64,000 nt of DNA from Candidatus Aminicenantes bacterium. Lineage in GTDB: Bacteria; Acidobacteriota; Aminicenantia; Aminicenantales; UBA4085. Position 1 is the stretch's first letter; every line of letters starts with the position of its first letter. The notes beneath the pieces are model-generated. The model was given only the letters and a program-made list of their open reading frames with translations, did no database searches and was not told the DNA's origin. The position numbers were made by a program, and so were the translations under genes. The DNA lies in the NCBI GenBank assembly GCA_026393855.1, contig JAPKZJ010000071.1:12567-76566 (forward strand). Reading direction: 5' to 3'. This document shows, one piece after another, positions 59,922 through 64,000 of this stretch.

Positions 59922-61784
59922 TCATTCCTTGGGTCCCATCCGGCCGCCGGTCCAGCGAAACAGGTCTTTAAGGGAGGCAAACATCCCGCGGTCGGTGAAG
60001 CGAGTCCGTTCGTCGAGGGACCGGTAGCCGCAGAGCCAGGTCGGCACGGCCCGTTCGCGGCTGCCGGCCGAGCGACGAAGCCACGCCCCGAGAGCCAGGG
60101 CGGCCAAGAGGAGCCCCAGGACGAGGGGCGGCGAGAAGGCCGCGCTCACCGCCGGCCCGAGGAGCTTGCCGATCCTGAGCCCGGACACGGAGGCGTCAAG
60201 GACGCGGTTCCAGCCGCCGGACTGGAAAAGCCAGCCCAGGGCGAAGCCGGGCGAATTCACCAGCGCGCCGGCGATGAACCGGACGAAAAGGAAAGGCAGA
60301 AGGCCCTGGGCCAGACAGATCGCGGCTAATCCGATCTTGGCCGCCAGCATCGAGCCGGGGACTTCATGGATGGGCTTGGGGGCGTACGCCTCGGCGCCGG
60401 AGGCGGTGAAGGCCAGGCCGAAGAATTTGACATAGCAGGCCAGGGTGACGGCGCTGGTGAAGAGGGCGACGATACCGAAGGGGACTAGCATGACCCAGCC
60501 TTGGCCGGCCAGCAGGGTCGAGGCGATGATCGTCCACTTGCTGGCGAAGCCGCTGCCCGGCGGCATCCCGGCGATCGCCAGCGAGGCCACCGCGGCCAGG
60601 ACAGTACTCACCGGCATCCAACGGACCAGTCCGCCCAGCCGATTGAGGTCTTTGGTCCCGGTGGCGTAAAAAAGGCTTCCGCCGGTCAGGAACAGCAAGC
60701 CTTTGAAGATGGCGTGATTGAGGACATGGCAAAGGGCTCCCAGGACGGCCACGGCGGCTAATCCTATCAGGGCCGGTTCTTCGGCGGCCGAGAGATAGAG
60801 AGCCGCGCCCAGGCCCAACACGATGTAGCCGATCTGGCCGATCGAGCTATAGGCCAGGAGGCGCTTGGCGTCGCTCTGCTTGACCGATTGAAGCGTCCCT
60901 ATAAACAGCGTCGCCGCTCCGATCGTCGCCAGAATCGCGCCCCACGGCCGCGGGTCGAAGCCCGAGCCGGCTCCGGGGGCCAGGAAGAAGAAAGTCCGAA
61001 TCAGCCCGAAAATGCCCGTCTTGAGCATGACGCCGGAGAGGAGCGCCGAGACGGGGGAAGGGGCCACGGAGTGTGCGTCCGGCAGCCAAAGCTGGCCGAG
61101 AGGAAAAACGCCGGCTTTGAGCCCGAACCCGAGAAGAAGAAGCGCCAGCGCTCCCGCCAGGACAGTCGGGCTCGCGGTCCCCGCCTTTATTCCCAGCTCG
61201 TGGAGCGAATCCCCCGCCCGCCCGCCCAATAGGAAGCCGGCCGCCACGATCAAGGCCCAAGCCAGTTCCATCAGCAGGAGATAGCGGTTCGCAACCCGGA
61301 TATTGGTCCTCTCCTTGTATTCGAACCGGATCAGCAGGAACGAGGCGATGGTCATGATCTGCCAAGCCAGGCTGAACCCGATTGAGAGATCGTCGATCGT
61401 CACTAGGGCGGCCAGGCCCAGGATGAAGAGGGGCAGCCGGAAATAATATCCGCGCAGGCTATAGCCGGCATAATGGTCCATGTAGCGGACCGAATAGAGG
61501 GCGGCGGCGGCGGAGACGATCCCGATCACGACGAGAAAGAGACCGGCCAGGCCGTCGATGAGGAAAGGGACGGCGAACGGCCCGATCCGGACCAGCACGG
61601 CTTCCTCCATGCCGCCGCCGACGGCGGCCCGGAGGCCGGTCCAGACCAGAAACGCAGCCGCCTCGGCGGCCAGGGCAAAGTGCAGCCAGCCGGTGAACCG
61701 GCGGGCCCGGGCCGTTGCCGCCGACAGGACGGCGGCGGCGGCCAGAAGAAGGAAGGCCAGGAAGAGCGGCGTCAGGAGTCTCAT
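59922..61784 (-). CDS. Antiporter-like membrane subunit (HycC/HyfB-like)
   Basis: KAGVFPL..WLPDAHSVAPSPVSALLSG, KRLLAYSS, NHAIFKGLLF and GMPP.SGF.SKW. Confidence 0.92.
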   Translation of the reverse strand: MRLLTPLFLAFLLLAAAAVLSAATARARRFTGWLHFALAAEAAAFLVWTGLRAAVGGGMEEAVLVRIGPFAVPFLIDGLAGLFLVVIGIVSAAAALYSVRYMDHYAGYSLRGYYFRLPLFILGLAALVTIDDLSIGFSLAWQIMTIASFLLIRFEYKERTNIRVANRYLLLMELAWALIVAAGFLLGGRAGDSLHELGIKAGTASPTVLAGALALLLLGFGLKAGVFPLGQLWLPDAHSVAPSPVSALLSGVMLKTGIFGLIRTFFFLAPGAGSGFDPRPWGAILATIGAATLFIGTLQSVKQSDAKRLLAYSSIGQIGYIVLGLGAALYLSAAEEPALIGLAAVAVLGALCHVLNHAIFKGLLFLTGGSLFYATGTKDLNRLGGLVRWMPVSTVLAAVASLAIAGMPPGSGFASKWTIIASTLLAGQGWVMLVPFGIVALFTSAVTLACYVKFFGLAFTASGAEAYAPKPIHEVPGSMLAAKIGLAAICLAQGLLPFLFVRFIAGALVNSPGFALGWLFQSGGWNRVLDASVSGLRIGKLLGPAVSAAFSPPLVLGLLLAALALGAWLRRSAGSRERAVPTWLCGYRSLDERTRFTDRGMFASLKDLFRWTGGRMGPKE

Positions 61785-62626
61785 CAGATCTGCTCCCCTA
61801 GCGTCTTGATCTGCTTATAGGTGTAGACAGGGCCGTCGGTACAGACCAGGGTCCGGCCGATGGCGCAGTGCTGGCATTTGCCGAGGCCGCACTTCATATG
61901 GCGCTCAAGCGTCGAGATAATGCAATCGTCCCGGAGGCCGCGGCCGGAGAGCTCCTGGATGACGGCGTTGAACATGATCGGGGGGCCGCAGACAAAAGCC
62001 ACGGTGTTCTCCACCGGGACCTTGGCCTTCTCGATCAGGGTGTGGACGAAGCCCGTCTCCCCCGTCCAGCCGGGTTCGGGCCGGTCGATCGTGACATAGG
62101 TCTCGAATCCCGCAGTCCCGCGCCAGCCCTCGATCGTCTCCCGGTACATCAGGTCCTTGGGCGCCCGAGCGCCGTAAAGAAGGATCAAGCGGCCGAACTC
62201 GGCCCGGTGCCGGAGGACGTGGACGATGGACGAGCGCAACGGGATGAGGCCGATCCCGCCGGCGACATAGATGATTGACTTGCCTTTGATGTCCTCGAAC
62301 GGGAAACCGTTGCCGAAGGGTCCGCGGATGCCGATCTTGTCGCCGACAACGAGGCCGGCCAAAGCACCGGTGACCTTGCCCACGGACCGCACTGAGAGGT
62401 GCCGCCGATCGGCCTCGGGGCTCCAGGGCAGCGAAACGGCGAACTCGCCCGACCCGAAGACGGTGCACATGACGAATTGCCCGGAGCGGACGGCGAAGGT
62501 CCTCTCCAGCTCGGGGTCCTCGAACCGGAAGTAGTAGGTCCGGACGTCCTCGATCTCGTCCCGGATCTCCTCGATCACGGCTGCGGCCGGGACGGTCGTG
62601 ATGACGGCGGGGTTGCGGTCGTTCAT
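61784..62626 (-). CDS. FAD/NAD(P)-binding 2Fe-2S subunit (AsrB/HydG-like)
   Basis: GQFVM, RGPFGNGF, VAGGIG, CGPP and ERHMKCGLGKCQHC...VC.DGPV. ATGA overlap at 62626. Confidence 0.9.
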   Translation of the reverse strand: MNDRNPAVITTVPAAAVIEEIRDEIEDVRTYYFRFEDPELERTFAVRSGQFVMCTVFGSGEFAVSLPWSPEADRRHLSVRSVGKVTGALAGLVVGDKIGIRGPFGNGFPFEDIKGKSIIYVAGGIGLIPLRSSIVHVLRHRAEFGRLILLYGARAPKDLMYRETIEGWRGTAGFETYVTIDRPEPGWTGETGFVHTLIEKAKVPVENTVAFVCGPPIMFNAVIQELSGRGLRDDCIISTLERHMKCGLGKCQHCAIGRTLVCTDGPVYTYKQIKTLGEQI

Positions 62627-63693
62627 GGCTTCGATCCCGTGGTTTCCCGGCGGATGGCGGTGACGACGTTGGGCAGGCCGATATCGCCCGGACAGACCCG
62701 GGCGCAGCGGCCGCAGCCGACGCACCCCGGCCGGAGGTACTTTTTGGACTGGGAATAGGACAGCTTGCAAAAGAAACGCTTGTTGCGGCGGTCTTCAACC
62801 GGCCGCCGGGGATTGTGCTCGCCGGCCATGCGCGCATAGCCCTCGAAGGAGCACGAGTCCCAGGTCCGCAGGCGGTCGGTCGGCCCGGCTTGGGTTGCGA
62901 CATCCTCGATGTTGAAACAGGAGCAGGAGGGGCAGACGAAAGAGCAGGCCCCGCACTCGAAGCACTGCCGGCCGATGTATTCCCAGGTCTCGGGCTTGAC
63001 GAATCCCGTGGTCAGGCGGTTCACGGCCCGCGAGATCCAGGCTTTGTTTTCGACCGCCTGCCCGTCGAAGAGGCCGATGGAATGATTGACCGCGGCGTCG
63101 CGGGCCGCCGCATCGGCCGGGCCGGCGGCAGCCAGCCCCAGCTCGACGGCCAGGGCGGCGCCCTTCTCGCTGCCCGTCTCGAAGAGATAGGCGGATCCGA
63201 GGTCCGTTAGATTGACGTCATATCCTTCGGCGGCGTAGGGGCCGCTGTCCGTGCAGACGCAGAAGCATTGGACGAAGGGCCGGACGCAGGTGTTGGTCAC
63301 GATCAGCATCTTGCGGCGGTGGTCGCGATAAACTTCATCGACGTATTCCTGGCCCAGGAAGAAGCGGTCGAAGCAGAGCAGGCCGTTCAGGTCGCAGGAC
63401 CGGACGCCGACCAGGGCCTTGGGCCGGACGAGGTCGTCCCGGACGATGTCCAGGTCCTTGCTGTCCCGGTCGTAGCGGAAGGACAAGATCCGTTCCAGGT
63501 GCGGGAAGACGGTGAATTTGGGCGTGTTGACGGGGATGGGCGCGTCCAGCCGGAGGTCTTCCGGCGAGGCGGCCCGGTCGAAGAGCGTCTCACCGGAGAC
63601 CGGGTCGACGATCGGGCCGAACAGCTCGTACCGATCGGCGAGCGTCCGCAGCAGCATTGGGAGATCGGACTTGGGCAGGATGTACATGCTCAC
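62623..63693 (-). CDS. 4Fe-4S dicluster subunit (AsrA/HydB-like)
   Basis: GVRSCD, CFCVC, CFECGACSFVCPSCSCF, RTWDSC and CVGCGRCARVCP. Confidence 0.9.
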   Translation of the reverse strand: MSMYILPKSDLPMLLRTLADRYELFGPIVDPVSGETLFDRAASPEDLRLDAPIPVNTPKFTVFPHLERILSFRYDRDSKDLDIVRDDLVRPKALVGVRSCDLNGLLCFDRFFLGQEYVDEVYRDHRRKMLIVTNTCVRPFVQCFCVCTDSGPYAAEGYDVNLTDLGSAYLFETGSEKGAALAVELGLAAAGPADAAARDAAVNHSIGLFDGQAVENKAWISRAVNRLTTGFVKPETWEYIGRQCFECGACSFVCPSCSCFNIEDVATQAGPTDRLRTWDSCSFEGYARMAGEHNPRRPVEDRRNKRFFCKLSYSQSKKYLRPGCVGCGRCARVCPGDIGLPNVVTAIRRETTGSKP

Positions 63694-64000
63694 ACCTTCT
63701 CGATTCGGACGGGAATGACGCCGTCTTCCCCGCGCTCGACGGCCCCCGCTTCGGGCTTGAGAAAGCCCTCGATCATCGGCCCGATGAAATAGGGAGCGTA
63801 GACCATGCCGGGCAGGACGTCGGTCGTCACCCGGGCTTGGACGGTCATGCTTCCGCGGGCCGAAACGACTTTGACCGGCCGCTTGTCGCGCAGGCCAAGC
63901 CGGGCGGCGTCGCCGGGGTGAATCTCGACCAATCCTTGAGGATATAGGAGAAGCAAGGCGTTGTACTCCCGGCGCGGGATGAACGTCTTCTTCATGATGT
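63690..64000 (-). CDS. C-terminal molybdopterin dinucleotide-binding domain of an oxidoreductase, 5'-truncated
   Basis: VEIHP.DAARLGL...VKVVSARG....A.V...V.PG.V..P; frame is open to the window edge. Confidence 0.75.
   Translation of the reverse strand, partial: IMKKTFIPRREYNALLLLYPQGLVEIHPGDAARLGLRDKRPVKVVSARGSMTVQARVTTDVLPGMVYAPYFIGPMIEGFLKPEAGAVERGEDGVIPVRIEKV

Noticed and set aside
56254..61784. Respiratory complex I (nuo) operon
   Set aside because: The large subunit keeps both Ni-binding CxxC motifs and NuoA/J/K equivalents are absent, so this is a hydrogenase.

Overview
GC-rich bacterial chromosomal window, probably from a diderm anaerobe. The gene repertoire would fit Ca. Aminicenantes, but that is inference only. 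About 43 CDS are supported. They include an MFS transporter, Tex, an NAD-linked formate dehydrogenase (fdhA plus fused NuoE/NuoF) with MobA, a BlaI/M56 pair and glycogen phosphorylase. There are also exported carbohydrate enzymes, a four-gene exported caspase (C14) operon facing an alpha-2-macroglobulin, a TetR-controlled ABC/TolC efflux operon and an ATP-grasp/zinc-peptidase pair. The right end holds tandem beta-barrel paralogues and a group 4 [NiFe]-hydrogenase operon with an AsrA/AsrB-like module and a two-component cassette. The most striking non-coding signal is a dispersed element with a ~285-290 nt core, present as 5 full copies and 1 truncated copy, each just downstream of a stop codon. 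It folds into a long rod whose stems differ in sequence between copies yet stay paired, with strand-specific G.U/T pairs. A ~51 nt hairpin module sits at three different positions of its scaffold. No rRNA, tRNA, CRISPR array or transposase was recognised.
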